The notes under the pieces are model-generated. The model worked only from the letters and a program-made list of their open reading frames with translations. It did no database searches and had not been told where the DNA came from. A stretch of 64,000 nt of DNA from a bacterium (GTDB lineage: Bacteria; UBA8248). Every line of letters starts with the position of its first letter. Positions within the stretch are counted from its first letter, which is position 1. The stretch covers positions 2,560,001-2,624,000 of the forward strand of contig OZ253442.1 in the NCBI GenBank assembly GCA_965261085.1, given 5' to 3'. Positions 1 through 10,442 of the stretch are shown here, in pieces. A program made the position numbers and the translations under genes.

Positions 1-205
1 CGCGGCCGAGAGGCTGGAGCCCCACCACGTCACATTCGGCCTCATGGCTCTCGCCAAACAGTTTCATGCCTATTATAATCGCAACCGCATACTGGGACAG
101 CGCGAGGAGATCACACACGCCCGCCTGTGTCTCACGAAGTGCGTGCAAGTCGTCTTGAAAAGCGGCTTGAATTTGATGGGAGTCTCCGCTCCCGAGAAGA
201 TGTAG
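1..205 (+). CDS. argS: Arginyl-tRNA synthetase, C-terminal fragment (truncated by window start)
   Basis: Manual translation of frame 2 gives AAERLEPHHVTFGLMALAKQFHAYYNRNRILG...ARLCLTKCVQVVLKSGLNLMGVSAPEKM*, the DALR-domain end typical of ArgRS. The argS-SPOR gene order is conserved. Confidence 0.92.
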   Translation, partial: AAERLEPHHVTFGLMALAKQFHAYYNRNRILGQREEITHARLCLTKCVQVVLKSGLNLMGVSAPEKM

Positions 206-237
206 TCAGCATCCGCCCACGGAAAACGAGAAGGCCC

Positions 238-1038
238 ATGAAGTCCCGGCGCCGCGCACCCGTAAAGCGCTACCGGATTACTTACGACAAACTCGAAGCC
301 GGCGTTTTCGTGCTCTTCCTCCTCGTGGTGACGGGCGCGTCCTTCGGCTTCGGCTACTTCTGGGGTGCGCGCGGCGCATCGAGTGAGGTGGCCGGGGTTG
401 CGGCCGAACCCGCAGGCCTCGAAAGGGGCAAGGGTGAAAATGCCGCGCCCAAGGCGGTCGTCGCCTTGAAAAAGACGCCCGAACGAAAAAAACCGCCCGA
501 ACGTGAGGTGGCGGACAAACCGGCGGCTCCTATCCAACCGAAATTTTATCAGGACCTGCTCAAGGAAGGACAGGAAAACGAGCAGCCCATCGAACCCATC
601 AAGCTGCCGGTGATGAGAAAGAAAAGAGCGCCTGAAACGACGCCTACGCCCCCGCCTGTGGCGGCGGTGGAGAAGCCTCCCGAGGAGAAGGTTGCCGAGC
701 CGAAGGTTGTCGAGAAGCAAGACGATATGGATGCGCTCGATGAGGAACTCAAAAAGCAGGCGGCGGCGAGTCTGCGCGCCTCCAAACCCTGGACGAAAGC
801 AAGCGGATATACCATTCAGGTTATTTCGGTCAAGACATTCGATGAGGCGCTTCGAACCGTCCGGAGGCTGAGGAACACGGGCTTTCAACCCTACATCAGG
901 AATGCGGATCTCGGCGCCAGGGGAACGTGGTACCGCGTCCGGGTGGGCCACTACCGGGACAAGGAGGAGGCCCGAAAAGCGCTCTCCGAGATCAGGGCGA
1001 AAATGAACCTCGTGGGGGCCAAAATCGCTCCTATGTAA
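238..1038 (+). CDS. SPOR-domain (FtsN-like) membrane-anchored cell division protein
   Basis: Basic N-terminus, one TM helix, Pro/Lys/Glu-rich linker and C-terminal SPOR domain (GYTIQVIS...GTWYRVRVGHY). ATG 238 chosen because the ORF-track start at 127 overlaps argS. Confidence 0.85.
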   Translation: MKSRRRAPVKRYRITYDKLEAGVFVLFLLVVTGASFGFGYFWGARGASSEVAGVAAEPAGLERGKGENAAPKAVVALKKTPERKKPPEREVADKPAAPIQPKFYQDLLKEGQENEQPIEPIKLPVMRKKRAPETTPTPPPVAAVEKPPEEKVAEPKVVEKQDDMDALDEELKKQAAASLRASKPWTKASGYTIQVISVKTFDEALRTVRRLRNTGFQPYIRNADLGARGTWYRVRVGHYRDKEEARKALSEIRAKMNLVGAKIAPM

Positions 1039-1091
1039 AGTAATTTTGAATACAATGATTTGCAGTTTATTTGCTATAAATAGCTTTAATC

Positions 1092-1120
1092 TTGACACCT
1101 GCGGTTTCCGTTCCTAAGAT
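1092..1120 (+). promoter_or_regulatory. Putative sigma70 promoter for the lipA operon
   Basis: TTGACA-N17-TAAGAT preceded by an AT-rich tract. Confidence 0.6.
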
Positions 1121-1155
1121 GCAGCCTCCCGATTCCCGGGAGCGGAGGCAATTCG

Positions 1156-2139
1156 ATGGCTTCTCGACGCTTTCCCCCCTGGCTCGTAAAGCGGCTGCCG
1201 AGTCCGAGCCGTTCTCACGAAGTCAAGGCGCTGATGCGCAACAAGCATCTGCACACCGTGTGCGAGGAAGCCCGATGCCCGAACCTGTTCGAGTGTTTTT
1301 CCCGCAATACGGCCACCTTCATGATTGGCGGGGATGTATGCACCAGAACTTGCGGCTATTGCGCTGTCACGAAGGGCGCGCCGGAGCCTCTGGACGTAAG
1401 GGAGCCGCTGCATGTGGCCGAAGCCGCGAAATTACTGGGTCTGAAGCATGTGGTCGTCACGATGGTGAATCGCGATGATTTGCCCGATGGCGCGGCCGGC
1501 CACGTGGTGGCGACCATCGAAGCGATTCGCGAATTGCTGCCGCAGACCACGGTGGAGGTTCTGGTGAGTGATTTCATGGGCGATTTCGATGCGGTCGAGC
1601 GGGTGGTTCGCGCCGGACCGGATGTTTTTAACCATAACATCGAGACGGTGCGGCGCCTGTTCAAGAGTACACGGCCCAACGGCGATTATGAGCGCTCGCT
1701 GCGCGTCATCGGCATGGCGAGGGATATCGAGCCGGAGATGGTGACGAAAAGCGGCGTCATGGTCGGCATGGGCGAAACGGAAGAGGACGTCCTCTCCTTG
1801 ATGGATGATTTAAGAGACGAGAGGGTCGATTGCCGGGTCATGACGATCGGCCAGTATCTTTCGCCCCAAAAAAAGGCGATTCCCGTTCGCGAATACATTC
1901 ACCCGGACGTATATGCGCGCTACCGGCGCGCGGGCGAGGCGAGGGGTTTCGGGCACGTGTTCGCGGGTCCTTTCGTGAGAAGCTCCTACAATGCGGAGGA
2001 GGCCCTGCACGCCTCCCAAGGGTTGGGGGAGGGGAAATTGCAAGGAGACCCCGAGGGCCGCGCCTTTATGACGACGGATGGCTCGGGCCGTAATGTACCG
2101 GCTCCCTCCCATCGCCTGATATCCTTACCGGTTAGTTGA
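1156..2139 (+). CDS. lipA: Lipoyl synthase
   Basis: CEEARCPNLFEC and CTRTCGYC cluster motifs, plus the RSSY motif. Confidence 0.96.
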   Translation: MASRRFPPWLVKRLPSPSRSHEVKALMRNKHLHTVCEEARCPNLFECFSRNTATFMIGGDVCTRTCGYCAVTKGAPEPLDVREPLHVAEAAKLLGLKHVVVTMVNRDDLPDGAAGHVVATIEAIRELLPQTTVEVLVSDFMGDFDAVERVVRAGPDVFNHNIETVRRLFKSTRPNGDYERSLRVIGMARDIEPEMVTKSGVMVGMGETEEDVLSLMDDLRDERVDCRVMTIGQYLSPQKKAIPVREYIHPDVYARYRRAGEARGFGHVFAGPFVRSSYNAEEALHASQGLGEGKLQGDPEGRAFMTTDGSGRNVPAPSHRLISLPVS

Positions 2140-2151
2140 GGATTCTTGATC

Positions 2152-3348
2152 ATGCATGAGTTCCAGCGCATTACGCGCCTGCCGCCTTATGTCTTCGCGG
2201 GCGTCGATGAACTGAAAATCGAGGCCCGCCGCCGAGGCGTCGACATCATCGATTTCGGTATGGGGAATCCCGACCTCGCCACCCCGCCGCACATCGTGGA
2301 AAAGCTCGTGGAGGCGGCGACGAACCCCAGAAATCACCGCTACAGCGCTTCGCGCGGCATCACCCGGCTGCGGATGGCCATCGCAGATTGGTACGGCCGC
2401 CGCTATGACGTGAATATCGACCCCGAAGAGGAGGCCATCGTCACCATCGGCGTGAAGGAGGGCATCTCCCATCTGGCGTTGGCCATCACGAACCCGGGCG
2501 ATTTGGTCATGGTGCCGAGTCCCACATACCCCATCCATACCTACGCCATGGTGCTGGCGAACGGCAATGTGATTCACGTGCCGCTCTCGCAGGGGGATGA
2601 TTTTTTCGAGAGCATGACCGACATCATCCGTCCGATATGGCCGCGGCCGAAAATTCTCGTCTTGAGTTTTCCGCACAACCCCACCACGGTTTGCGTGGAT
2701 CTTGATTTTTTTGAAAAAGTCGTCGCCTTCGCGAAAGAGTACAACCTCATCATCGTGCATGATTTCGCCTATGCCGACTTAGGCTTCGATGGCTACGAGC
2801 CGCCCAGCATATTGCAGGTGAAGGGCGCCAAGGATGTGAGCGTGGAGTTTTTCTCGCTCTCCAAGAGCTACTCGATGCCCGGCTGGCGGATGGGCTTCGC
2901 CGTGGGGAACCGCGAGATTATCAGCGCGCTCAGGCGCATCAAGAGCTACCTGGACTACGGCGCGTTCCAACCCATCCAGATTGCGTCGATCATCGCGCTG
3001 AACGGCCCTCAGGAATGTGTCGAGGAAATCCGGCAGATCTACCAGAGTCGTCGCGACGCGCTGTGCAACGGGTTGGATAGAATCGGCTGGCACGTTCCAA
3101 AACCCAAAGGCACGATGTTCGTCTGGGCGGAGATTCCCGAACCCTATAAAGAAATGGGTTCTCTGGAGTTCTCCAAGTTCTTGTTGAAGGAAACGGAAGT
3201 GGCCGTATCGCCGGGGGTCGGCTTCGGCGAGTTGGGGGATGGGCACGTACGCTTCGCGCTCGTGGAGAATGAGCACCGCACACGGCAGGCGCTCAAAAAC
3301 CTCCGCTCCATATTTCAGGAAAAGGCGTCCAGGCGAGCGGCGAGCTAG
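2152..3348 (+). CDS. alaC: PLP-dependent class I aminotransferase (AlaC / LL-DAP aminotransferase-like)
   Basis: [20 protein letters not shown] and [12 protein letters not shown] (PLP lysine); usual position upstream of hom. Confidence 0.8.
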   Translation: MHEFQRITRLPPYVFAGVDELKIEARRRGVDIIDFGMGNPDLATPPHIVEKLVEAATNPRNHRYSASRGITRLRMAIADWYGRRYDVNIDPEEEAIVTIGVKEGISHLALAITNPGDLVMVPSPTYPIHTYAMVLANGNVIHVPLSQGDDFFESMTDIIRPIWPRPKILVLSFPHNPTTVCVDLDFFEKVVAFAKEYNLIIVHDFAYADLGFDGYEPPSILQVKGAKDVSVEFFSLSKSYSMPGWRMGFAVGNREIISALRRIKSYLDYGAFQPIQIASIIALNGPQECVEEIRQIYQSRRDALCNGLDRIGWHVPKPKGTMFVWAEIPEPYKEMGSLEFSKFLLKETEVAVSPGVGFGELGDGHVRFALVENEHRTRQALKNLRSIFQEKASRRAAS

Positions 3349-3374
3349 TCCGCCGCTTGATCGAGACGAGGGAC

Positions 3375-4703
3375 ATGAAGAAAATTTGCGTCGGCATATT
3401 GGGCTTGGGTACGGTCGGAAGCGGTGTGGTGAATCTGCTCGACGAGCAGCGTGAGTTGATCAAAAGGCGTCTTGGCGTGGAGGTATGCGTCTCGAGAATC
3501 GCGGACCGCAGCATCTTCACCAAGAACAAGACGGCGCGCGGAGTGGCTGCCGAGAATCTGGGTACGGATTTCGAGGCGGTAATCGATGCGCCCGACGTGC
3601 ACGTGGTCGCGGAACTCATCGGTGGAACGGATGACGCCAGGCGTCACATCCTGCGGGCGATCGGAAAGAAAAAGCCGGTCGTGACCGCGAACAAGGCGGT
3701 GCTCGCCGTCCACGGGGAGGAGATATTCGCCGCGGCGGAGAAGGCGGGCTGTCCGCTGGGTTTCGAGGCGTCCGTCGCGGGCGGCATTCCGATAATCAGA
3801 AACTTACGCGAGGCTTTCGCGGCGGATAAAATCGAGAGTCTCGCCGGCATCCTGAACGGCACGTGCAACTATATTTTGAGCTGTATGACGGAGATGGGCG
3901 CGGATTTCGGTGAAACGCTAAAGCGTGCGCAGGAACTCGGCTATGCGGAAGCCGATCCGGCTTTTGACATCGACGGTGTCGATGCGTCGCACAAGATAGC
4001 GATTCTGGCGAATCTGGCCTATGGAACACCTGTGGACGTCGAGGCGTACCACACCGAGGGGATTCGCTACATCACGTCCGTTGACATCGACATCGCCAAA
4101 GAACTCGGTTACCGAATCAAGCTCATTGCCATGGCGCAAGAGCAGGACGGGAAACTCGACATCCGCGTTCACCCGACGATGCTTCCCGAGAGCCACCCTC
4201 TCTCGCAGGTGGGAGGGGTCTATAATGCGGTGGCCGTCTCGGGGGCGAATGCAGGGCCCCAGGTTTTCATCGGCAAAGGCGCGGGCTCGGAGGCCACGGC
4301 TTCCGCCGTGGTGGGCGACATCATCGAAGTGGCGAGGTGGCTCAAGAATGGCGGTGACTCGCGTATTCCCGCCGCCGCTTTTTTACCTGACCAGCGCGAG
4401 CGCCTCGACATCCTGGCGCCTCGGGAAATTTCGACGCGCTTCTACGTTCGCTTCGCGGCTGTGGATAAGCCGGGGGTGTTGAGCCGGATCTCCGGCGTTT
4501 TCGGCGAACACGACATCAGCCTCGAAACCGTCGTCCAGAAGGGCCGCGCCGACGAGGACGGTTATGCCCGTCTGGTGCTGCTCACCCACAAGGCGACGGA
4601 GGAGAACATGCAAAACGCGCTCGAGGAGATTTCCCGCCTCGACGTGGTGCAATCTGCTTACGCGCTTATTCGTGTGGAATCGGACGGCATGGCTTTCATG
4701 TGA
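3375..4703 (+). CDS. hom: Homoserine dehydrogenase with C-terminal ACT domain
   Basis: GLGTVGSG, VVTANKA, EASVAGGIP, GYAEADP and the DKPGVL ACT domain. Confidence 0.96.
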   Translation: MKKICVGILGLGTVGSGVVNLLDEQRELIKRRLGVEVCVSRIADRSIFTKNKTARGVAAENLGTDFEAVIDAPDVHVVAELIGGTDDARRHILRAIGKKKPVVTANKAVLAVHGEEIFAAAEKAGCPLGFEASVAGGIPIIRNLREAFAADKIESLAGILNGTCNYILSCMTEMGADFGETLKRAQELGYAEADPAFDIDGVDASHKIAILANLAYGTPVDVEAYHTEGIRYITSVDIDIAKELGYRIKLIAMAQEQDGKLDIRVHPTMLPESHPLSQVGGVYNAVAVSGANAGPQVFIGKGAGSEATASAVVGDIIEVARWLKNGGDSRIPAAAFLPDQRERLDILAPREISTRFYVRFAAVDKPGVLSRISGVFGEHDISLETVVQKGRADEDGYARLVLLTHKATEENMQNALEEISRLDVVQSAYALIRVESDGMAFM

Positions 4704-4728
4704 CCAAGCAGACAAGAGTTCATCCCTG

Positions 4729-5979
4729 ATGCGAAAAATCCTGGTGGTTCTTGCGCGTGGCCTCGCCGACAGGCCGGTGGCGGACTTTGATGGTGAAACT
4801 CCCTTGCAGAGGGCGCGTACACCCGCGCTGGATCGCCTGGCGGATTCGGGGTTTTCCGGGGTTTGGTCTCCAGATTCCGGTGATGCTTATCCATCCCTGG
4901 ATGGGTTTCTCCGAAATTTTTTCGCCTACCCCGGTTCTTTTTCTTCTGGCCTGATGCTCGCCGCCGCCGCCAATGTTCTCCCCAATGTGGGGGAAGCGGT
5001 CTTGCGGCTCAACTTCGTGTGCTTGAAGCCCGGCGCCACGAGCGTCGTTATGCTCGACCCGACGGGCTTCGGCGTCACGGACGAGGAGAACCGCGAACTC
5101 ATCGCTTATCTGGAGCGGCACATGCCGCCCGATGAGGGCGAATCGTTTCGTTTCGAATCTCTGGGTGGCTGCGAGGCGCTTCTTTTTTATCAGCGTGCGG
5201 ATGCGGGGCTCTCACCGGAATCTTTTCGTGGCTTCTCGTCCCCACATGCGATTACCGGAAGACCCATCGGGGATCATCTGCCGGGATCGGAAGCGGCGCG
5301 GCGTTTCGTTCATTTCGTGAACGATTCCCAGATGGTGCTCTCCACCCATGCAGGGTTGAGGGAAAAGGCGGAAACCCGGATGTTCGCGGCGAACTCCGTA
5401 TGGCTTTGGGGTGGCGGCCTCGCTGAAGAGGTGGAGCGAATCTCGGAAAAAACGGGAGGCAGGGATTCTGCGCTGATTACCGACTCACAACTCGCGAAGG
5501 GCTTTGCCAAACTGGGGGGCGCGGATGTATATGAGCCGGGGGAGAAGGCGTCCGCCACCGTGTGCGAGGCGCTCTCGGGTCATGATTTCGTGTTCTCGCT
5601 CCAGGATGTGGACGATATATCCCCCTGGCGCGAGTTGGAGGAGAAAATCGAGGCCATCAAGAGGTTCGACGCCGGGTTCATGTCGCCCTTGTTGGAAGAG
5701 TTGAGCGAGCCGTGCCGCATCCTCGTGGCGGTGGATCATGGATTCAGCGTGGAGTCCCAGGAATGGACCACCGCCGCCGTCCCGTTCGCGATTGCGGATT
5801 TCGATGGAGAGAATCTCACGCCGCCGAAGCGTCCGGGTGGCTTGGCGGGTCTCTGGCGGATGATTCGCGGCGGCGATGGGGAGCAGAAAAATTTGTCCGC
5901 CGGTTTTTCCGAAGAACTGGAGCGGGCGGAGCGTGTCTATTCGCTCGATGCGGTGAAAAAACGATTGTTCAGTGGATGA
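4729..5979 (+). CDS. ApgM / cofactor-independent phosphoglycerate mutase-like protein with degenerate active site
   Basis: GETPLQRARTPALDRLA, ANSVWLWGGG and EEKIEAIKRFD match the ApgM family, but several metal ligands are substituted. Confidence 0.75.
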   Translation: MRKILVVLARGLADRPVADFDGETPLQRARTPALDRLADSGFSGVWSPDSGDAYPSLDGFLRNFFAYPGSFSSGLMLAAAANVLPNVGEAVLRLNFVCLKPGATSVVMLDPTGFGVTDEENRELIAYLERHMPPDEGESFRFESLGGCEALLFYQRADAGLSPESFRGFSSPHAITGRPIGDHLPGSEAARRFVHFVNDSQMVLSTHAGLREKAETRMFAANSVWLWGGGLAEEVERISEKTGGRDSALITDSQLAKGFAKLGGADVYEPGEKASATVCEALSGHDFVFSLQDVDDISPWRELEEKIEAIKRFDAGFMSPLLEELSEPCRILVAVDHGFSVESQEWTTAAVPFAIADFDGENLTPPKRPGGLAGLWRMIRGGDGEQKNLSAGFSEELERAERVYSLDAVKKRLFSG

Positions 5980-5989
5980 TGGGGACAAA

Positions 5990-7198
5990 ATGAGCCTGGT
6001 CGTGAAAAAATTCGGCGGCACCTCGGTCGCGGATCTGGATAAGATTCGCGGCGTGGTGAAGCGGGTGTCAGTGGCGAAAAAATCCTGGGATCGCATCATC
6101 GTCGTGGTGAGCGCGATGGCGGGAGAAACCGATAAGCTGATTCGGCTCGCGCACGAGCTTTCGCCTCAGCCGGTGGGACGGGAGATGGATTTGCTGCTCA
6201 CCTCCGGGGAGCGTATTGCGAGTTCGCTTTTGGCCATCGCTCTCGAAGCCGCCGGGACACCCGCCATATCCCTCACGGGCGGGCAGGCGGGCATTTTGAC
6301 GGAGGGTGCCCATACCCGGGCCCGCGTGCGCTCCATCCGTCCGGCGAGGATTCTCAAGGAACTCAATGAGGGAAAGGTGGTCGTCGCCGCAGGTTTTCAG
6401 GGAGTCGATGAGTTCGATGAGGAGACGACGCTGGGGCGCGGAGGTTCCGACCTTACCGCCGTGGCGTTGGCTGCGGCGCTTGAAGCGGATCGCTGTGAGA
6501 TTTATACCGATGTGGACGGGGTGTACACGGCCGACCCGCGCCTTGTCCCCGACGCGAAGCGCATGGAGCAGATATCGTTCGAGGAGATGATGGAACTCGC
6601 GTCCCTGGGCGTGAAAGTGCTGCAGGCGCGCTCTGTGGATCTGGCGGCGAAGTATGACCTTCCACTCGTTGTCCGCTCTGCGTTTGATGAAGGAGAGGGA
6701 ACATTGATCATTCCAGAGTCGACGGGAATCGAGTCCCCCGCCGTTCGCGGCGTGAGCTGCGATTCGAAGCAATCGAAACTCACGATTAGCGGCGTGCCCG
6801 ACAGGCCCGGCATTGCTGCTGCCTTGTTTGGCCAGTTGGCCGAGAAATCCATCATGGTGGACATGATCGTCCAGAACGTGAGCGAAAACGGTTTGACCGA
6901 CATCTCCATCACGGTGAATAGCGATATGGCGGGGGAGGTGGAGCGCATCATGCATCAATCGCATGAATCCCTGGGCGACGCCGCTATCTCGCGCGACGAT
7001 GAAATAGCAAAGGTCTCCGTCGTGGGCGTGGGCATGAAGAGCCAGGCCGGCGTGGCGGCGCGCGTTTTCTCCGCTTTGGCGAGAAGCCGCATTAACATCA
7101 TGATGATCTCGACTTCCGAGATTTCCATATCCGTGGTGGTGCGTCAGGCGGACTCCGAGAATTCGGTGCGCGTGCTGCATAAGGAGTTTATTGGTTGA
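5990..7198 (+). CDS. lysC: Aspartate kinase
   Basis: [38 protein letters not shown] and two ACT domains. Confidence 0.96.
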   Translation: MSLVVKKFGGTSVADLDKIRGVVKRVSVAKKSWDRIIVVVSAMAGETDKLIRLAHELSPQPVGREMDLLLTSGERIASSLLAIALEAAGTPAISLTGGQAGILTEGAHTRARVRSIRPARILKELNEGKVVVAAGFQGVDEFDEETTLGRGGSDLTAVALAAALEADRCEIYTDVDGVYTADPRLVPDAKRMEQISFEEMMELASLGVKVLQARSVDLAAKYDLPLVVRSAFDEGEGTLIIPESTGIESPAVRGVSCDSKQSKLTISGVPDRPGIAAALFGQLAEKSIMVDMIVQNVSENGLTDISITVNSDMAGEVERIMHQSHESLGDAAISRDDEIAKVSVVGVGMKSQAGVAARVFSALARSRINIMMISTSEISISVVVRQADSENSVRVLHKEFIG

Positions 7199-8172
7199 GC
7201 GATGTGTTGACGTTTCAGGAAGTAATTATGGGGCTGGAGAAGTACTGGTCTCAAAAAGGGTGCGTCATCCAGCAGCCATACGACATCGAGGTCGGCGCGG
7301 GCACGATGAACCCGGCCACTTTTTTGCGCTCTCTCGGCCCCGAACCCTGGAAGGTGGCCTACGTCGAGCCCAGCAGGAGGCCCACGGACGGCCGCTACGG
7401 GGAGAACCCGAACAGGCTCCAGCACTATTATCAGTACCAGGTGATTCTGAAGCCCTCGCCCATCGACGTGCAGGAGCAGTATCTGGAAAGCCTCAAGAGT
7501 TTGGGGGTCGACCCGCTCGAGCACGATATTCGTTTTGTCGAGGATGACTGGGAATCGCCGAACCTCGGCGCGTGGGGCCTGGGCTGGGAGGTGTGGCTCG
7601 ACGGCATGGAAGTCACGCAGTTCACCTATTTTCAGCAGGCAGGCGGGCTGGATTTGGATCTGGTGTCCGCGGAGTTGACTTACGGGCTCGAACGCATCGC
7701 CATGTACCTACAAGGGGTGGAGAGCGTGTACGACCTCGTCTGGGCGCGAGAGGCGGATGGCGGGGTGATCAGATACGCCGACGTGCATTACCAGACGGAA
7801 GTGGAGTTCAGCCACTACAATTTCGAAGAGGCGGACGTAACCATTCATTTTGACATTTTTGATAAATACGAGGCCGAAGGTTTGCGCCTCGTGGAGAAGG
7901 GCCTCACGTTTCCCGCCTATGATCACGCACTCAAGTGTTCGCACACCTTTAATCTTCTGGATGCGCGAGGCGCCATCAGCGTGAGCGAGCGGGCGCGCTA
8001 TATCGGCAGAATCAGAAAAATGGCGCGCGCATGCGCCGAAAGCTATCTGAAATCCCGCTACGCGGCCGGTTTCTCTCTCATCAAGGACGAAGCGCAGCGA
8101 AGGGAGCATATCGCCCTCTACGCCGCGCAATACGACGCGATAGAGGCGAAGCCAAGCGCGGGCAAGGGGTAG
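7195..8172 (+). CDS. glyQ: Glycyl-tRNA synthetase alpha subunit
   Basis: [30 protein letters not shown] and ELTYGLER. Confidence 0.97.
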   Translation: MSDVLTFQEVIMGLEKYWSQKGCVIQQPYDIEVGAGTMNPATFLRSLGPEPWKVAYVEPSRRPTDGRYGENPNRLQHYYQYQVILKPSPIDVQEQYLESLKSLGVDPLEHDIRFVEDDWESPNLGAWGLGWEVWLDGMEVTQFTYFQQAGGLDLDLVSAELTYGLERIAMYLQGVESVYDLVWAREADGGVIRYADVHYQTEVEFSHYNFEEADVTIHFDIFDKYEAEGLRLVEKGLTFPAYDHALKCSHTFNLLDARGAISVSERARYIGRIRKMARACAESYLKSRYAAGFSLIKDEAQRREHIALYAAQYDAIEAKPSAGKG

Positions 8173-8183
8173 GGGGTTTCGAT

Positions 8184-10388
8184 TTGAGTAAAGAACTGGT
8201 TTTTGAAATCGGGACCGAGGAGATCCCCTCCACCTACATGCCGGGGATGATAGCCGCTCTAAAGGAGCGGGCCGAGGCGGCGTTTGATAACGCGCGCCTG
8301 GATTATGCGGGTTTGGAGACGTTCGGAACGCCCAGGCGACTCGTCTTGCACGTGGCGGAGTTGGCTGAGCGCCAGAAACCGCTTCAAGAGGAAGTGCTGG
8401 GCCCCCCCGTGAAAAACGCATTCGATGAGGACGGGAATCCGACCAAAGCGGCTCTCGGCTTCGCCAGGACGAATGGGGCGGATGTTTCCGAACTGAAGAA
8501 GGTGGATACGCCCAAGGGCGCGCGCCTGATGTATTTCAGACAAGATTTAGGGGATGAGGCCAAAACCGTTTTGGGGCCTTTGCTGACGAAGCTCATCCGG
8601 GAGTTGCCGTCTCCGAAATCCATGCGCTGGGGAGCCGGTAAGTTCTCCTTCGTCCGGCCCGTGCAATGGATTTTGGCCCTTTATGGTCAGGAGTGTGTCG
8701 ACGGTCCCGCATCGAGTGAAGAGGCATCGCTTCCGCCCTTTGGGTCGATCACGTACGGCCATAGATTTCATGCAAATAAAAAATTGCATATCAGTAAGTT
8801 CCAGGATTATATTGATGTATTACGTGAAAATAATGTAGAGCCTTTTGTCGATGACGGAAGCGGTGGCGGGCGCATCCCCATGGTGCGCGCAGGCGTTCTG
8901 GAGGCCACCGAATCCAAGGGCGGTGAACCCGCGGCGGATGCGGAGGCTGTGGAGCGTCTGGTCGAGAAGGTGGCGCATCTGGTGGAGTGGCCGTTTCCGG
9001 TGTCGTGCGGGTTCGATGAAAAATTTTTGGATTTGCCGAGAGAGGTTATCATCTCCACCCTGGAGGTGCACCAAAGATGTTTTGCGCTCAAGGAAAAGGG
9101 TGGTGAACGGCTCATTCCTGCCTTCATCGGCGTGAGCAACACGCAGGCGAAGGATATGGGCGTGGTGCGCAAAGGTTATGAGCGCGTCGTGCGCGCCAGA
9201 TTGGAGGACGCGGATTTTTATTGGCGACAGGACCTCGAAACGCCCCTCGTCGACATGGCGGAGGAATTGAAGGGTGTGGTCTATCATCCGAGGCTGGGCA
9301 CGAGTTGGGACAAGGTCGAACGCTTCAGGCGCCTGAGCGCATGGCTGTGCGAAAAGCTCGCGCCGGGCGACGGAGCTTTGGCGAAAACCGTGGACGAGGC
9401 GGCATCACTGTGTAAGGCGGATTTAACCAGCGGTATGGTCTATGAATTCCCCGAGCTTCAGGGCGTCATGGGCCGGCGCTATGCCGAGCGTGAGGGCAGG
9501 GACGAGGCGGTATCCCGCGCCATATATGAACACTATCTCCCCAGGGGAGAGGGAGACGATTTTCCGGAAGGCCATGCGGGGGCCATCGTGGGGCTTGCCG
9601 ACCGCATGGACACCATCGTCGGTATGGTGGGGCTCGGCTACCTGCCCAGCGGTTCGGAGGATCCTTATGCGCTCAGACGCGCGGCCAACGCGATTCTGCT
9701 CATTCTGGAGGATAAGGGTTTCAGGATATCCTTGCCCGAATGGGTGACAGTAGCGAGCGAACTTCTCGAGGATAAGTTCAAAGACGGCGTCGAGGCGTCA
9801 AAAAGAATTTTGGGCTTTCTGCGCAACCGGTTGTCCGCCTATCTGTCGCGCGGCGGCGCGCGCGGCGACCTGGTGGAGGCGGTGCTCGCGGCGGGAGGCG
9901 ATTCAGGCTGGCGCGACGTGATAGATGCACGGGCGCGTCTCCGCGCCCTGGAGCGGTTGGCGTCGAGCGAAGAGACCTTCGAGCCGCTCACGACGACCTT
10001 CAAGCGGGTGAGCAACATCATCCGCAAGGCCAATGAGGGTGGTGAACATGATGCGGCGGACAATCTGGATGCGCGGCTTCTCGTGGATGACGCCGAGAAG
10101 AAGCTGAACGCATCCTTGGGCGCGGTTTCAGAAGCGGTGAGAGAAGCGCTGGCGAGCGTCCGGCCGGGAGACGCCGCCTCCCTGGAGGAAGCCTACGTTT
10201 CGGCGAATACCTCCATCGAGGAAATCCGGCCCGTGGTGGATGATTTTTTCGAAGAGGTGATGGTGATGGACGAGGATGCCGCCTTGCGAAAAAACCGCCT
10301 TGCGCTGATGGCCGGTGTGGGCGCACTGTTTTCGGCGAACGCGGATTTTACGAAAATTCAATTGAGGGCAACGAAAAAATCGGAGTAG
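8184..10388 (+). CDS. glyS: Glycyl-tRNA synthetase beta subunit
   Basis: FEIGTEEIP, TPRRL, EFPELQGVMG and DPYALRR. TTG 8184 inferred as start; the ORF-track start at 8031 overlaps glyQ. Confidence 0.95.
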   Translation: MSKELVFEIGTEEIPSTYMPGMIAALKERAEAAFDNARLDYAGLETFGTPRRLVLHVAELAERQKPLQEEVLGPPVKNAFDEDGNPTKAALGFARTNGADVSELKKVDTPKGARLMYFRQDLGDEAKTVLGPLLTKLIRELPSPKSMRWGAGKFSFVRPVQWILALYGQECVDGPASSEEASLPPFGSITYGHRFHANKKLHISKFQDYIDVLRENNVEPFVDDGSGGGRIPMVRAGVLEATESKGGEPAADAEAVERLVEKVAHLVEWPFPVSCGFDEKFLDLPREVIISTLEVHQRCFALKEKGGERLIPAFIGVSNTQAKDMGVVRKGYERVVRARLEDADFYWRQDLETPLVDMAEELKGVVYHPRLGTSWDKVERFRRLSAWLCEKLAPGDGALAKTVDEAASLCKADLTSGMVYEFPELQGVMGRRYAEREGRDEAVSRAIYEHYLPRGEGDDFPEGHAGAIVGLADRMDTIVGMVGLGYLPSGSEDPYALRRAANAILLILEDKGFRISLPEWVTVASELLEDKFKDGVEASKRILGFLRNRLSAYLSRGGARGDLVEAVLAAGGDSGWRDVIDARARLRALERLASSEETFEPLTTTFKRVSNIIRKANEGGEHDAADNLDARLLVDDAEKKLNASLGAVSEAVREALASVRPGDAASLEEAYVSANTSIEEIRPVVDDFFEEVMVMDEDAALRKNRLALMAGVGALFSANADFTKIQLRATKKSE

Positions 10389-10442
10389 TTTTTAGCCACC
10401 CAAACTATTGTTCAGACGCGCGAGAGGCGCGGGAGGATGTAG

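Noticed and set aside
73-1098. 341-aa minus-strand ORF
   Set aside because: Antisense shadow of argS and the SPOR gene; no recognisable motifs.
6068-7180. Long antisense ORFs (also 11256-12320, 38484-39665, 60631-61545 and others)
   Set aside because: They lie opposite well-supported genes and are expected from codon bias in GC-rich DNA.
8031-8183. N-terminal extensions in the ORF track (glyS here; similarly the apgM-like gene, tsaE, lptB, ybeY)
   Set aside because: They overlap upstream genes, and family homology begins at later starts.
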